A stretch of DNA of 64,000 nucleotides from an uncultured Rickettsiales bacterium (GTDB lineage: Bacteria; Pseudomonadota; Alphaproteobacteria; Rickettsiales; SXRF01), in contig CAYXYU010000003.1 of the NCBI GenBank assembly GCA_964469525.1, positions 33,185 to 97,184 on the forward strand, in the 5' to 3' direction. The first letter of the stretch is position 1. Every line of letters starts with the position of its first letter. A program made the translations under genes and the position numbers. Below are positions 49,066 through 61,004 of this stretch, one piece after another. The notes below the pieces were generated by a model. The model saw nothing but the letters and a program-made list of their open reading frames with translations. It did not search any database and was not told where the DNA came from.

Positions 49066-49626
49066 ATGAGCTGGCAGAAGAATCTCCCCAACTACCTGAC
49101 CTATTTCCGCATCGGCGTCATTCCCGCGCTGATTGTCGTTGTGTTTTTCTTCGAGGGAAGGTGGAGCGACTACGCGGCGGCGGCGCTGTTCCTGCTGGCT
49201 TCCGTCACCGACTGGCTCGATGGCTATATTGCCCGCCTGCTCAAGGCGCAGTCAAACCTGGGCCGGTTTCTCGACCCGATCGCCGACAAGCTGCTGGTGG
49301 CTACGGCGCTGCTGCTGCTGGTCTATAACGGCCGCGCCGACCTGCTGCCCGCCATCGCCATCGTTTGCCGTGAAATCCTGGTGTCTGGCCTACGCGAGTT
49401 CCTGGCTGAGCTGCGCGTCAGCATGCCGGTCTCCAAACTCGCCAAGGTCAAGACGGCGGCACAGATGGTGGCGATCCTGTTCCTGCTGCTCGGACCTGCA
49501 GGATTCTACGGCATACCGACGCAGCCCATCGGCAACTGGCTGCTGTGGGTGGCGGCGCTGTTGACGCTGATTACCGGCTACGCCTACCTCAAGACCGGCC
49601 TCAAGCACATGACCGAATCGGCGTAG
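49066..49626 (+). CDS. pgsA: CDP-diacylglycerol--glycerol-3-phosphate phosphatidyltransferase
   Basis: LPNYLT, TDWLDGYIAR, GRFLDPIADK and REILVSGLRE. Confidence 0.95.
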   Translation: MSWQKNLPNYLTYFRIGVIPALIVVVFFFEGRWSDYAAAALFLLASVTDWLDGYIARLLKAQSNLGRFLDPIADKLLVATALLLLVYNGRADLLPAIAIVCREILVSGLREFLAELRVSMPVSKLAKVKTAAQMVAILFLLLGPAGFYGIPTQPIGNWLLWVAALLTLITGYAYLKTGLKHMTESA

Positions 49627-49723
49627 GCTTTCCCGCGTTTTTCTACGTTTCCTATCGGTTTCCGAGCGTTTTTAACACGTTTCGGTAGTGTTTGTATGCG
49701 TTTTACATCGTTTAAACACGCTT
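49627..49723. repeat. Helically phased (C)GTTT tract, 10 units, about 10.4-bp period
   Basis: The G preceding each T-run lies at 49627, 637, 647, 658, 668, 679, 690, 700, 710 and 720. Confidence 0.8.
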
Positions 49724-49882
49724 GTAAGACACGGGAATAGAGGCAATCCAGAACCTTACCCTTATTCACGCGGCAAAAGACGTGACATTCTGTGACATGC
49801 CTTCAATACTTTCCTCCACCAGATTCCCTGCACCACCTCATTTTAAAGCCAGCGTGAATGGCCGGGAAGGGGGGATTTAGCC

Positions 49883-49987
49883 CGTCATCGCCCGAACTGC
49901 CAAAGGCAATTCTAGGACGATCCAACTTCAACGGATGGAGATGGATTCCCCTAGAATTTTTGCTCGCGCAAAAATTCGGGGATGACG
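49883..49987. repeat. Family I CGTC REP-like doublet D
   Basis: CGTC-ATCGCCC-GAACTGCC-aaa-GGCAATTC-TA-GGACGAT-CCAA ... TGG-ATTCCCC-TA-GAATTTTTGC-tcgc-GCAAAAATTC-GGGGAT-GACG. Confidence 0.88.
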
Positions 49988-50011
49988 AAATACCGCGCAC
50001 GATTAAAATCC

Positions 50012-50317
50012 CTAGTTCGTCACCCATTGGCCGGGGACGAAATGCCAGCGGCCGTCCACCTGCTCCCAATGCTCGGGTTCCCACTTCGCATTGACGCGGG
50101 TTTCCAGCCAGCGGCCTTCCACCCAGACATGCTGGTTGCCGTCCCAGGACCAGTAGCCGGGCGCCCAGACAAAGCCGGTGCGGGCGGGCGGCACGGTTTC
50201 GCTGCGCGGCGGCGGCGGCGGGGTGTCGACATAGATTTCAGCGACGGCCTGGCCCAAGGCAGGCGCGGCAACGGTAGCAAAAATCAGCGCGTAGGTTGCC
50301 AGTGAGCGTGTATGCAT
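50012..50317 (-). CDS. Secreted YXWGXW (WXXGXW) repeat protein
   Basis: Signal peptide, polyproline run, VWAPGYWSW, VWVEGRW and WEPEHW; RBS aaggag. Confidence 0.85.
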   Translation of the reverse strand: MHTRSLATYALIFATVAAPALGQAVAEIYVDTPPPPPRSETVPPARTGFVWAPGYWSWDGNQHVWVEGRWLETRVNAKWEPEHWEQVDGRWHFVPGQWVTN

Positions 50318-50409
50318 AGGAATCTCCTTTTGCAGTGAAGGAAATTCAGCATGTTGCATCAACCATAAAAATTCGATAGGGAGGCAGGTATCGGTTTATA
50401 GGGAAATAA

Positions 50410-51285
50410 TCAGCCTTTATTCACCAGCTGGCTGTAATCCTCCATCAGCTGCAGGCTCATGCGGCCGACGTTAAAGGACTGGTCGCCGATCTGGGAAATG
50501 GGTGTCACTTCGGCGGCGGTGCCGGTCAGAAACACTTCCGATACGTTCTTAAGCTCTTCCGGCTTGATATGGCGCTCGATTACCTGGATGCCGCGCTTCT
50601 TCGCCAGCTCGATCGCCGTGCGGCGCGTGATGCCGTCGAGGAAACAGTCGGGGGTCGGCGTATGCAGTGCGCCGTCGATGGCAAAAAACAGGTTGGCGCC
50701 GGTCGCCTCGGCGATGAAGCCGCGCCAGTCAAGCATCAGCGCATCGTCGAACCCGGCATCCTCGGCGGCGTGCTTGGACAGGGTGCAGATCATGTAGAGT
50801 CCTGCCGCCTTGCTGGCCGTCGGCGCGGTGTTGGGGGCAGGGCGCGCCCATTTGGCGTGATGGAGCCGCAGGCCGCGCTCGCGCGCTTCCTTACTGAAAT
50901 AGCTCGGCCATTCCCAGACGGCGATCGCCAGGTGTATTCTGGTTTTCTGCGCCGCCACCGCCATCATCTCGCTGCCGCGCCAGGCGACGGGTCGGATATA
51001 GGCGTTCTGCAAATTCTGGCTGGCCAGCGTTTCCTGTGTCGCCCGCTCAATTTCCTCCACCGTGTAGGGAATCTTGAAGCCAAGCAGCTCGCCGGATTTG
51101 ATCAGCCGCTCGCTATGCTCGCGCAGCTTGAACACCTTGCCGTTATAGGCGCGCTCGCCCTCGAACACGCAGGAGCCGTAATGCAGCCCGTGGGTCAGCA
51201 CATGCACCTTGGCGTCGCGCCAGGGAATAAGTTTTCCGTCAAACCAGATATGACCGTCGCGGTCGTCGAAGGGAATCAGGCTCAT
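50410..51285 (-). CDS. ilvE: Branched-chain amino acid aminotransferase
   Basis: THGLHYGSCVFEG, AYIRP, SKAAGLY, LDGITR and FLTGTAAEVTP. Confidence 0.95.
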   Translation of the reverse strand: MSLIPFDDRDGHIWFDGKLIPWRDAKVHVLTHGLHYGSCVFEGERAYNGKVFKLREHSERLIKSGELLGFKIPYTVEEIERATQETLASQNLQNAYIRPVAWRGSEMMAVAAQKTRIHLAIAVWEWPSYFSKEARERGLRLHHAKWARPAPNTAPTASKAAGLYMICTLSKHAAEDAGFDDALMLDWRGFIAEATGANLFFAIDGALHTPTPDCFLDGITRRTAIELAKKRGIQVIERHIKPEELKNVSEVFLTGTAAEVTPISQIGDQSFNVGRMSLQLMEDYSQLVNKG

Positions 51286-51289
51286 ATTT

Positions 51290-52096
51290 TTACTCTAGCA
51301 TAATCGCCGACAATTGACAGCCATACGCGGATTCGCCGCGCAGGGTGGTTCGCCGGTAGCTGAAGAAATCATCTTCCTGTAAACAGGTATCGTGCGCAAG
51401 CAGATTTATCCGCGTGATGCCCGCTGATTTCAGCCGGTCCTTGACATAGGCCTTGAGGTCGAACAGGAAATGCTTGGACCGTGCGCCATGGATGAAATAG
51501 ATCTGATTGCTTTCCTCCTGTAGCAGGAAGCGTTCGCGGAAGCCCGCATCCACTTCGTAAGAGCCCTGCGCGATGGCCGGGCCGATCGTTGCAGCAATGG
51601 TGTCTCGCTGCGCTCCCAGTTTTTGCATCGCCTCCAGCGTGGCTTCGACGATGCCGGCCAGCGCGCCTTTCCAACCGGCGTGCGCAGCCGCCACGACGCG
51701 GTGCCTGTCGTCCGCCAGCAGGATGGGCACGCAGTCGGCGGTGCTGACGCCGACCGCCAGTCCCGGCGTGGCGGTCACTACGGCATCGGCCTGCGGGCGG
51801 GCATCATGCGGCCAGGGAGTCGTAGCAGCGATGGCGGTTGTTCCATGCACCTGGTGCAGGCGGGCGATGCCTTTGGCGGCGCCGAGCGTATCGGCGATGC
51901 GGCGCAGGTTCTCATTGACATTTTCCGGCGAATCACCGGTGCCGTAGGCGCAGTTCAGCGAATGGTAGACCCCCCCGCTGACACCACCGGCGCGGGTGAA
52001 GAAGCCGTGGCGCACGCCTTCCGACGCTGCCAGCTGCGGACAGAGGACGGGATTTAGAATCCCTCCGGCTTGGGATGGTTGGGTTGCGCGATGCAT
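51290..52096 (-). CDS. pgeF: YfiH/PgeF family protein (start uncertain)
   Basis: RHGFFTRAGG, QVHG, ADAVVT, TADCVPIL, AHAGWKG and FFSYRR. Confidence 0.92.
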   Translation of the reverse strand: MHRATQPSQAGGILNPVLCPQLAASEGVRHGFFTRAGGVSGGVYHSLNCAYGTGDSPENVNENLRRIADTLGAAKGIARLHQVHGTTAIAATTPWPHDARPQADAVVTATPGLAVGVSTADCVPILLADDRHRVVAAAHAGWKGALAGIVEATLEAMQKLGAQRDTIAATIGPAIAQGSYEVDAGFRERFLLQEESNQIYFIHGARSKHFLFDLKAYVKDRLKSAGITRINLLAHDTCLQEDDFFSYRRTTLRGESAYGCQLSAIMLE

Positions 52097-53130
52097 AATA
52101 CCTTGAACAAATCTCCCATCTGCTCAATCGAGACTAGCCGCTCATAGGCGGAAATCATAGCGGATTTCTGCTGCGCGGTGGCATTCCGGCACAGCTTCTG
52201 CACGCGCAGTCCCGCCCCCAGGCGGTTCAGGAACACGCCTTGCGGCACCAGCCCGTAGGTCGCTGCACCCGCTTCCATTGCCGCTGCCCGCAGGGCATCG
52301 AAATCGACATGCGCGGTGAGGTCGGCGGTGCCGGGGTCAAGCAGCAGGTCCTGGTACTGGTGCTCGCGCACGGTCTGCAGCGTATCGCCGCGCGAGCCGC
52401 CCGCGTAGCCGTAATCGATGAGGAGCGCCACACCGCCCAGGACGCGGATGTGACGGGCGATGGTGTCGGCGATGGAAATGCCTGCCTCGCAGTATTCGTA
52501 GACCATGTTACCCTCTCCGGTGGAGCGAGTGGGAAGAGAGGGGGGCATCAGGCTGGGAGCGATCGGCATGGTGACGAATGCCAGCTTGTTTTTATCGTCG
52601 AGCCCGATCATGCGCTCTTTCCATCCGTCTGCTTCATGCACGAACTGCCGGATGGGCAGCGCATCGAAGAATTCATTGGCGACCAGCAGCAAGGGCTTTT
52701 CCGGCAGTTCCTCGACGCTGACATGCCAGTTGATGTCGCGGTGCTTGCCGGCGAGCATCTCCCACTGCTTGCTTTTAAGCGTCTCGCTGACCTCCACCAG
52801 ATGCACCGACACCGACTCATGGAAGCCGCTGACGTGGCGGGTGGCGCGCAGGGCATCGACCAGCAGCGTGCCGCGTCCCGGCCCGAGTTCGACCAGTGCC
52901 GCCTGCGGCTCGCCCATCAGCCGCCACTGCTCCACCAGCCATGCGCCGATCAGTTCGCCGAACACCTGGCTGATCTCCGGCGCGGTGATGAAGTCCCCCT
53001 GCACGCCGAACGGGTCCTTGCGCATGTAATAGCCGTAAACCGGGTGGGTGAGGGCGAGGGCCATGAATTCACCGATGGTAATCGGGCCCTTGGCACGGAT
53101 GCGCTCTATCAGCAGTTTTTCCAGATTCAT
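52054..53130 (-). CDS. NDUFAF7/MidA-family SAM-dependent methyltransferase
   Basis: GYYM, DFITAPEISQVFGE, VELGPGRGTL, ANEFFDALP, IDYG and DLTAHVDF. Confidence 0.92.
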   Translation of the reverse strand: MNLEKLLIERIRAKGPITIGEFMALALTHPVYGYYMRKDPFGVQGDFITAPEISQVFGELIGAWLVEQWRLMGEPQAALVELGPGRGTLLVDALRATRHVSGFHESVSVHLVEVSETLKSKQWEMLAGKHRDINWHVSVEELPEKPLLLVANEFFDALPIRQFVHEADGWKERMIGLDDKNKLAFVTMPIAPSLMPPSLPTRSTGEGNMVYEYCEAGISIADTIARHIRVLGGVALLIDYGYAGGSRGDTLQTVREHQYQDLLLDPGTADLTAHVDFDALRAAAMEAGAATYGLVPQGVFLNRLGAGLRVQKLCRNATAQQKSAMISAYERLVSIEQMGDLFKVLCIAQPNHPKPEGF

Positions 53131-53948
53131 TGTCGCGCGGCGGGACTCTCTCCGGCGGTCCATGGCGAATCATAGCGCCGGAAAATCAGGTACAGGCCGA
53201 GCAGGAGCATTGGCAGGGATAAGAGCTGACCCATGGTCGCGCCGCCCCACAGGAAGCCGAGAAATGCGTCCGGCTCACGGAAACATTCGGCGACGATGCG
53301 CGAAACCGCGTAGCCGGAGAGAAATACGCCGCCCAGCATCAGCGGCTTGTCACGGGCGCGGGTGCGCTTGAGCAAAAGCATCAGTAGGGCGAACAGCAGG
53401 ATGCCTTCCATCCCCGCTTCGTAGAGCTGGCTGGGGTGCCGGGGCAGCGGCCCGCCATGCGGAAACACGATGCCCCACGGGACATCAGTCACGCGGCCAT
53501 AAAGCTCGCCGTTGATGAAATTGGCGATGCGGCCTAAAAACAGGCCGATGGGGGCGACGCAGGCCAGCACGTCGATCACCGGCGAAAACGGCACTTTGTG
53601 CCGCTGTGCGAAAATATAAAACGCAAGGATGAAGCCGAGCATGCCGCCATGGAACGACATGCCGCCTTCCCACAGCTGCAGGATCTGCACGGGATGGGCC
53701 AGGTAGTAGGCGGGCTTGTAGAACAGCACGTAGCCGAGCCGGCCGCCGAGTACGATGCCGAGCACCGCCCACAGCACCATGTCATCAAGCGCCTTGGGGG
53801 TCAGGCCCGGAATATGGCGCCGCCGGTTCTCCTGCATGAACAGCCACCAGCCGATCAGAATGCCTGCAATATAGGCCAGCGAGTACCAGCGGATGGCCAG
53901 CGGCCCAAGCTGCAATGCGACCGGATCGATGGCGGGGAAGGGGAGCAT
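53127..53948 (-). CDS. lgt: Prolipoprotein diacylglyceryl transferase
   Basis: GGRLGYVLFY, GGMSFHGG, GRIANFINGELYGR and RHPSQLYEA. Confidence 0.97.
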   Translation of the reverse strand: MLPFPAIDPVALQLGPLAIRWYSLAYIAGILIGWWLFMQENRRRHIPGLTPKALDDMVLWAVLGIVLGGRLGYVLFYKPAYYLAHPVQILQLWEGGMSFHGGMLGFILAFYIFAQRHKVPFSPVIDVLACVAPIGLFLGRIANFINGELYGRVTDVPWGIVFPHGGPLPRHPSQLYEAGMEGILLFALLMLLLKRTRARDKPLMLGGVFLSGYAVSRIVAECFREPDAFLGFLWGGATMGQLLSLPMLLLGLYLIFRRYDSPWTAGESPAARQ

Positions 53949-54025
53949 AGGCTTTAGGCATTAGGCATTAGGGGCGAGGGAAGCAAGATTTTTTTTCTCA
54001 TCCCTAAAGCCTAATGCCTCATCCC
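53948..54025. repeat. Inverted 7-mer tandem repeats (TAGGCAT units)
   Basis: taggctt|taggcat|taggcat|taggggc ... ccctaaag|cctaatg|cctcatc; similar tgcctaatgcct at window bases 1-12. Confidence 0.75.
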
Positions 54026-54415
54026 TTAATATTCGTCCCAGGCTTTCTTTTCGGTGGGGATTGCCGTATTGAGCGGTTTGACCGCGTCGGTTGCATTGAC
54101 CACCTGGTAGGTGGCGGAAATCTCGGCGCGTACTTCGGGCGATGGCTCCCCTTTGCCGGCGGAGATGACTTCACCGAAATCGCTGGGATTGAATCCCTTG
54201 CCGGCAAGGATGGCGGACTTCAGATGCTGCAGATTGGGCAGTGTGATCTTGAGGTAGGAATAAATCTTATCGCCGAAGGAGTTTTTGCCGTAGAGCAGGA
54301 GTACGACGAATTCATCCGATAAGCCGCGCGAGCCACCAGCGCTGTCGCTGCCCGGTAAGCCTGTGCTGGTCCATTTTGTCGTCATCGGCGCGGTCTTTAA
54401 TGCTGCTTTTGCCAT
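54026..54415 (-). CDS. Hypothetical protein
   Basis: 129-aa ORF filling the gap upstream of lgt; folded-looking core VLLLYGKN...YSYLKI...FNPSDFGEVI. Confidence 0.65.
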   Translation of the reverse strand: MAKAALKTAPMTTKWTSTGLPGSDSAGGSRGLSDEFVVLLLYGKNSFGDKIYSYLKITLPNLQHLKSAILAGKGFNPSDFGEVISAGKGEPSPEVRAEISATYQVVNATDAVKPLNTAIPTEKKAWDEY

Positions 54416-54514
54416 ACGGCAGACACCTCAAACGCCCATTATACAGAAGACTCAGGTAATTGAAAGCAGAAACAAGGGATTAGTTTGGAAGAAGGCGGAA
54501 TTTCGATCAGGGAG

Positions 54515-54682
54515 TTAGACCAGATCGCGACCAACGCTGCCCAGATTTGGCAGAGTATTGTTGGAGGCACTCATGGAAACAGGCGAGATCCCGTGATTTG
54601 CCAGAGCGATTTCGGCAACGGCTACGGCATTCGGACTACCGATGATTTCAGCAACTGTAACCTGACCTGGACCAAAATTCAT
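54515..54682 (-). CDS. Small hypothetical protein (55 aa)
   Basis: GGAGG RBS 4 nt before the ATG; MNFGPGQVTVAEIIGSPNAVAVAEIALANHG... Confidence 0.4.
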   Translation of the reverse strand: MNFGPGQVTVAEIIGSPNAVAVAEIALANHGISPVSMSASNNTLPNLGSVGRDLV

Positions 54683-54936
54683 ATCGCCTCCATTTGGCAT
54701 GATGCTTAAATCTCCCCGTTCCTGTAATATCATTCAATACATTTTCATAGTACCCAAAACCCCCCGCGCCAGCAAACGCTAACCCGCGCCGAAGGCCAGA
54801 ATTCATAGAGCTGTCATGGAGTTGTAACGCAACTGTAACATTCGCTGTGGATAAGGTTGAGAAAACAGCCACTGCAACCCCTGATATAATAATGCAAAAA
54901 ACAGGGGAAGAAAAAAGCCCAGGGATCTTAGGGGAA

Positions 54937-56376
54937 TCAGACGCTGGTGCCGCCAACGGTCAGCGCGTCGATCAGCAGGCTGGGCTGGCCGACGCCGACC
55001 GGCACCGATTGGCCGGCCTTGCCGCAGGTGCCGATGCCGGGATCGAGCGCCATGTCGTCGCCGATGGCTTTTACCTTGGTGAGGATGTCGGGCCCGTTGC
55101 CGATCAGGGTGGCGCCTTTCAGGGGGCGGGTGATTTTCCCGTTTTCGATGAGATAGGCTTCCGAGGCGGAAAAGACGAATTTGCCCGAAGTGATGTCGAC
55201 CTGCCCGCCACCGAGATGCGAGGCATAAAGCCCGCGCTTCACCGAGGCGATGATGTCCGCCGGCTTGTCCTTGCCGGAGAGCATGTAGGTGTTGGTCATG
55301 CGCGGCATGGGCTGGGCAGCGTAGCTTTCGCGCCTGCCGTTGCCGGTGGCGCGCATGTTCATCAGCCGCGCGTTGAGCCGGTCCTGGATGTAGCCGGTGA
55401 GGATGCCGTCCTCTATTAATACGGTACGTGAGGAAAGAGTGCCCTCGTCATCGATGGATAAAGAGCCGCGTCGGTTCTCCAGCGTACCGTCATCGACCAC
55501 CGTCACGCCTTTGCTTGCCACCCGCTTGCCCATGAGCCCCGCGAAGGCCGACGTGCCTTTGCGGTTGAAATCGCCTTCCAACCCGTGCCCGATTGCTTCG
55601 TGCAGCAGCACGCCGCACCAGCCCGGCCCGAGCACCACCGGCATCTCGCCGGCGGGGGCGGCGACCGATTCCAGATTGACCAGCGCCTGACGTAGCGCCT
55701 CGTCAGCGAGATTCTTCCAATGTGCTTCACTGATATAATCGGCGTAACCGCCCCTTCCGCCGGCGCCCGCGGACCCGGTTTCCATGCGCCCGTCCTGCTC
55801 GGCGATCACATTGACATTGAGCCGCACCAGCGGCCGGATATCGTCGGCGATACGCCCGTCCGGCTTGATGATCCGCACCGCCTGCCACTGGCCGGAGAGC
55901 GATACCGACACCTGTTTTACGCGCGCATCCTTTTGCCGCACATAGGCATCAATCGTCTGCAGCAGTTCGACCTTCTTTTCAAAAGCGACTTCCTTCAGCG
56001 GGTTGATGTCGGGATAGAGCTGCCGGTTGGTGCCGAACGGGGGTGGATTAAGCGCATGAACCCCTGGCTGCCCCCAGTGCACGGCACGCGCGGTATCGAC
56101 GGCGCGCAGAAGCGCCGCCTCGCTCAGCTCCGAGCCATGGGCATAGGCGCTGGCTTCACCGAGCACCGAACGCAGCCCGAATCCCTGCGAGGTATTAAAG
56201 CTGGCGTTTTTCAGCCGTCCGTCATCGAAGGCCAGCGCCTCCGATTGGGCATATTCAAGAAACAGTTCGCCATCATCCGTCCCCGCCAGCGCCCGGCCCA
56301 CCAGTAATTCGGCGCGCGCCTTATCAAGACCGGTGCGGGCGAAGAATAATTTGTCGAGGGAAGGGGCATCCGTCAT
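54937..56376 (-). CDS. tldD: Metalloprotease TldD
   Basis: GVLLHEAIGHGLEGDFNRKG, MPRMTNTY and CGKAGQSVPV. Confidence 0.96.
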   Translation of the reverse strand: MTDAPSLDKLFFARTGLDKARAELLVGRALAGTDDGELFLEYAQSEALAFDDGRLKNASFNTSQGFGLRSVLGEASAYAHGSELSEAALLRAVDTARAVHWGQPGVHALNPPPFGTNRQLYPDINPLKEVAFEKKVELLQTIDAYVRQKDARVKQVSVSLSGQWQAVRIIKPDGRIADDIRPLVRLNVNVIAEQDGRMETGSAGAGGRGGYADYISEAHWKNLADEALRQALVNLESVAAPAGEMPVVLGPGWCGVLLHEAIGHGLEGDFNRKGTSAFAGLMGKRVASKGVTVVDDGTLENRRGSLSIDDEGTLSSRTVLIEDGILTGYIQDRLNARLMNMRATGNGRRESYAAQPMPRMTNTYMLSGKDKPADIIASVKRGLYASHLGGGQVDITSGKFVFSASEAYLIENGKITRPLKGATLIGNGPDILTKVKAIGDDMALDPGIGTCGKAGQSVPVGVGQPSLLIDALTVGGTSV

Positions 56377-56460
56377 CGGGACAGCTTACAAAAAACATTG
56401 CGCTTGCGCCAAGGAAAGATTACAAAAACGTCACTGTTCTCACCGAATGATGGACTCCGA

Positions 56461-59089
<2,629 letters not shown>

Positions 59090-59125
59090 CTAGCTTTTCT
59101 TAGCGAGGTACGAGCTTAGGAAAGC

Positions 59126-59153
59126 TGTCATCCCCGCGAAGGCGGGGATGACA
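59126..59153. repeat. TGTC-tagged palindrome (family III)
   Basis: TGTCATCCCCGC-gaag-GCGGGGATGACA. Confidence 0.85.
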
Positions 59154-59163
59154 AAGGAAGAGT

Positions 59164-59685
59164 ATGAAAGACGAAGAATTCCAGAAGTTGCTGGCTGCTC
59201 CAGTGCCGCTGATTTTAATTCTGTCGCCGATCAAGTTGATGGCGAGGGCTGTATGTCATCTGGCGGTGTCTTTGGGTGTTTTGGCATTTGGCTGGTTTCT
59301 TTTTGATCGTTTTGGACATGGTATCGGTTGGATTATTGTCGTTCTACCATGTATTCTTTTTGGTGTGGCAGGGTTGGTTGGGCTTATACAAACAATGGGA
59401 ATTTTGCTAACGATACTGCATTATGACAAAGCCAAGGTTGTTCTTAATGATATAGGTTTCTCAGTGTATGATACACGGCTAATCGAGAAAAAATATAAAT
59501 GGCAAGACGTTTCGGATTTTGTTGCAGGTGGTATGGCAAGCGTAGTATTCGACGATAGCGTAAGTTACGATCCTGACCGGCCGGATGATAGTTCAAGAGT
59601 TGTACAGGATGTCGCCGGTTTGAGCGCTAAGGAACTTACCAGGCTTCTTAACCATTGGCGCACCCGTGCATTACAGAGCGGATAA
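59164..59685 (+). CDS. Hypothetical membrane protein (2 TM helices plus a soluble domain)
   Basis: AT-rich ORF inside the cox cluster; KVVLNDIGF...YKWQDV resembles a bacterial PH-like domain. Confidence 0.6.
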   Translation: MKDEEFQKLLAAPVPLILILSPIKLMARAVCHLAVSLGVLAFGWFLFDRFGHGIGWIIVVLPCILFGVAGLVGLIQTMGILLTILHYDKAKVVLNDIGFSVYDTRLIEKKYKWQDVSDFVAGGMASVVFDDSVSYDPDRPDDSSRVVQDVAGLSAKELTRLLNHWRTRALQSG

Positions 59686-59686
59686 C

Positions 59687-60589
59687 ATGACTTCACTCAC
59701 CACTAGCCACCAGCCACTAACCACTTCCACAGTGCACGACTACGTCACGCTGATGAAGCCGGGCGTGATGTCGCTGGTCGTGTTCACCGGGCTGGCGGGG
59801 ATGGTGCTGGCGCCGGGGCATATCCACCCGCTCCAGCAGCTGCTGACGCTGGCTTGCATCGCGCTCGGTTCGGGGGCAGGGGCGGCGATGAATATGTGGT
59901 ACGACCGCGATATTGATGCGGTGATGAAGCGTACGCAAAAACGCCCCATCCCCGCCGGAAAAATCGCACCCGACGACGCGCTGGCCTTCGGCTGGTTCCT
60001 CGCGGCAGCTTCGGTGATGCTGATGAGCCTGGCGCTGAATACGGTCGCCGCGCTGCTGCTCGCTTTCGCCATTTTCTTTTATGTGGCGATCTACACCATG
60101 TGGCTGAAGCGCAGTACGCCGCAGAATATCGTGATCGGCGGCGCGGCGGGGGCTTTCCCGCCGGTGATCGGCTGGGCGGCGGTAACCGGCGACGTTTCCG
60201 CCTATCCGCTCATTCTTTTTCTGATCATCTTCCTGTGGACGCCGCCGCATTTCTGGGCGCTCGCGCTTTATAAGAACGAGGATTACCGGCGCGCCGGCGT
60301 GCCGATGCTGCCGGTAGTGGCGGGGCCGGACAGCACCAAACGCCAGATGATCGTCTACACCTGGCTGCTGGTGGCCTGTTCTTTAAGCCTGCCGCTGCTC
60401 GGCTTCGCGGGCTGGCTCTACACGATCAGCGCCGGCGCGCTCGGCACGCTGTTCCTGCAGCATGTCTACCAGGTCAGGCACGATGCGACGGATAAATGGC
60501 CGCGCCGCACATTTGTCTTTTCCATTTCCTATCTTTTTATGCTATTCAGCATCCTGATGCTGGATGGCTGGCTGACCCGCCACCTGTAA
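59687..60589 (+). CDS. ctaB: Protoheme IX farnesyltransferase
   Basis: LMKPGVMSL, NMWYDRDIDAVMKRTQKRP and FLWTPPHFWAL. Confidence 0.96.
   Translation: MTSLTTSHQPLTTSTVHDYVTLMKPGVMSLVVFTGLAGMVLAPGHIHPLQQLLTLACIALGSGAGAAMNMWYDRDIDAVMKRTQKRPIPAGKIAPDDALAFGWFLAAASVMLMSLALNTVAALLLAFAIFFYVAIYTMWLKRSTPQNIVIGGAAGAFPPVIGWAAVTGDVSAYPLILFLIIFLWTPPHFWALALYKNEDYRRAGVPMLPVVAGPDSTKRQMIVYTWLLVACSLSLPLLGFAGWLYTISAGALGTLFLQHVYQVRHDATDKWPRRTFVFSISYLFMLFSILMLDGWLTRHL
59694..59728. repeat. 7-mer tandem repeat within the ctaB 5' end
   Basis: cactcac|cactagc|caccagc|cactaac|cacttcc. Confidence 0.7.
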
Positions 60590-60614
60590 TCGTCACTTTT
60601 TAGAAGGAGCTATC

Positions 60615-60782
60615 ATGGATAAGCCGCTGAGCCCCGAGAATTCCCAGGCGCTGATGGACATCACCCAGAATACCATCTACCTGATGGGCGCCAGCTTCGT
60701 GCTGGGCAGCCTGTTCACGCTGTTCCTGCTGCTGGTGTTGGATTTCATCCGCCGCAACAAGACAGAAGAAAAGTCCTACTAG
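60615..60782 (+). CDS. Small single-TM protein (55 aa)
   Basis: aggag RBS; MDKPLSPENSQALMDITQNTIYLMGASFVLGSLFTLFLLLVLDFIRRNKTEEKSY. Below the ORF-track cutoff. Confidence 0.65.
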   Translation: MDKPLSPENSQALMDITQNTIYLMGASFVLGSLFTLFLLLVLDFIRRNKTEEKSY

Positions 60783-60788
60783 GCGGCC

Positions 60789-60905
60789 ATGCCCATCGGC
60801 GACCCCCACCGCAGGCAGCGCCGCAAGAATATCGTTCTGTTGCTGTTGCTCGTGGCGCTGATCGGGCTGATTTACGCGATTTCGCTGATGAGAATGTCAT
60901 CCTGA
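60789..60905 (+). CDS. CoxF-like small membrane protein (38 aa)
   Basis: MPIGDPHRRQRRKNIVLLLLLVALIGLIYAISLMRMSS: RRxN followed by a TM helix, upstream of ctaG. Confidence 0.65.
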   Translation: MPIGDPHRRQRRKNIVLLLLLVALIGLIYAISLMRMSS

Positions 60906-60996
60906 GCGCAGCGAAGCGGAGTCGAAGGATCTTTACTTCGGTGCCGCAAAGAAAGATCCTTCGACTACGGCCTTACGGCCTTCGCTCAGGATGACA
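60895..60996. repeat. TGTC-tagged compound palindromic repeat (family II)
   Basis: TGTCATCCTGAGCG...TCGAAGGATCTTT...AAAGATCCTTCGA...GCTCAGGATGACA. Confidence 0.9.
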
Positions 60997-61004
60997 GATC
61001 AAAT

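Noticed and set aside
49627-49800. Replication origin or dif site at the phased tract
   Set aside because: No DnaA boxes (TTATCCACA), no hemE/dnaA context and no dif-like XerC/D site recognised.
49803-50084. 93-aa and 78-aa ORFs near REP doublet D
   Set aside because: They are translations through palindromic repeat sequence, with no RBS or family motifs.
52511-52542. In-frame palindromic insertion in the NDUFAF7-like gene (PSLPTRSTGEG)
   Set aside because: Only a 7-bp stem, in a naturally variable Pro-rich loop; cannot be separated from chance without an alignment.
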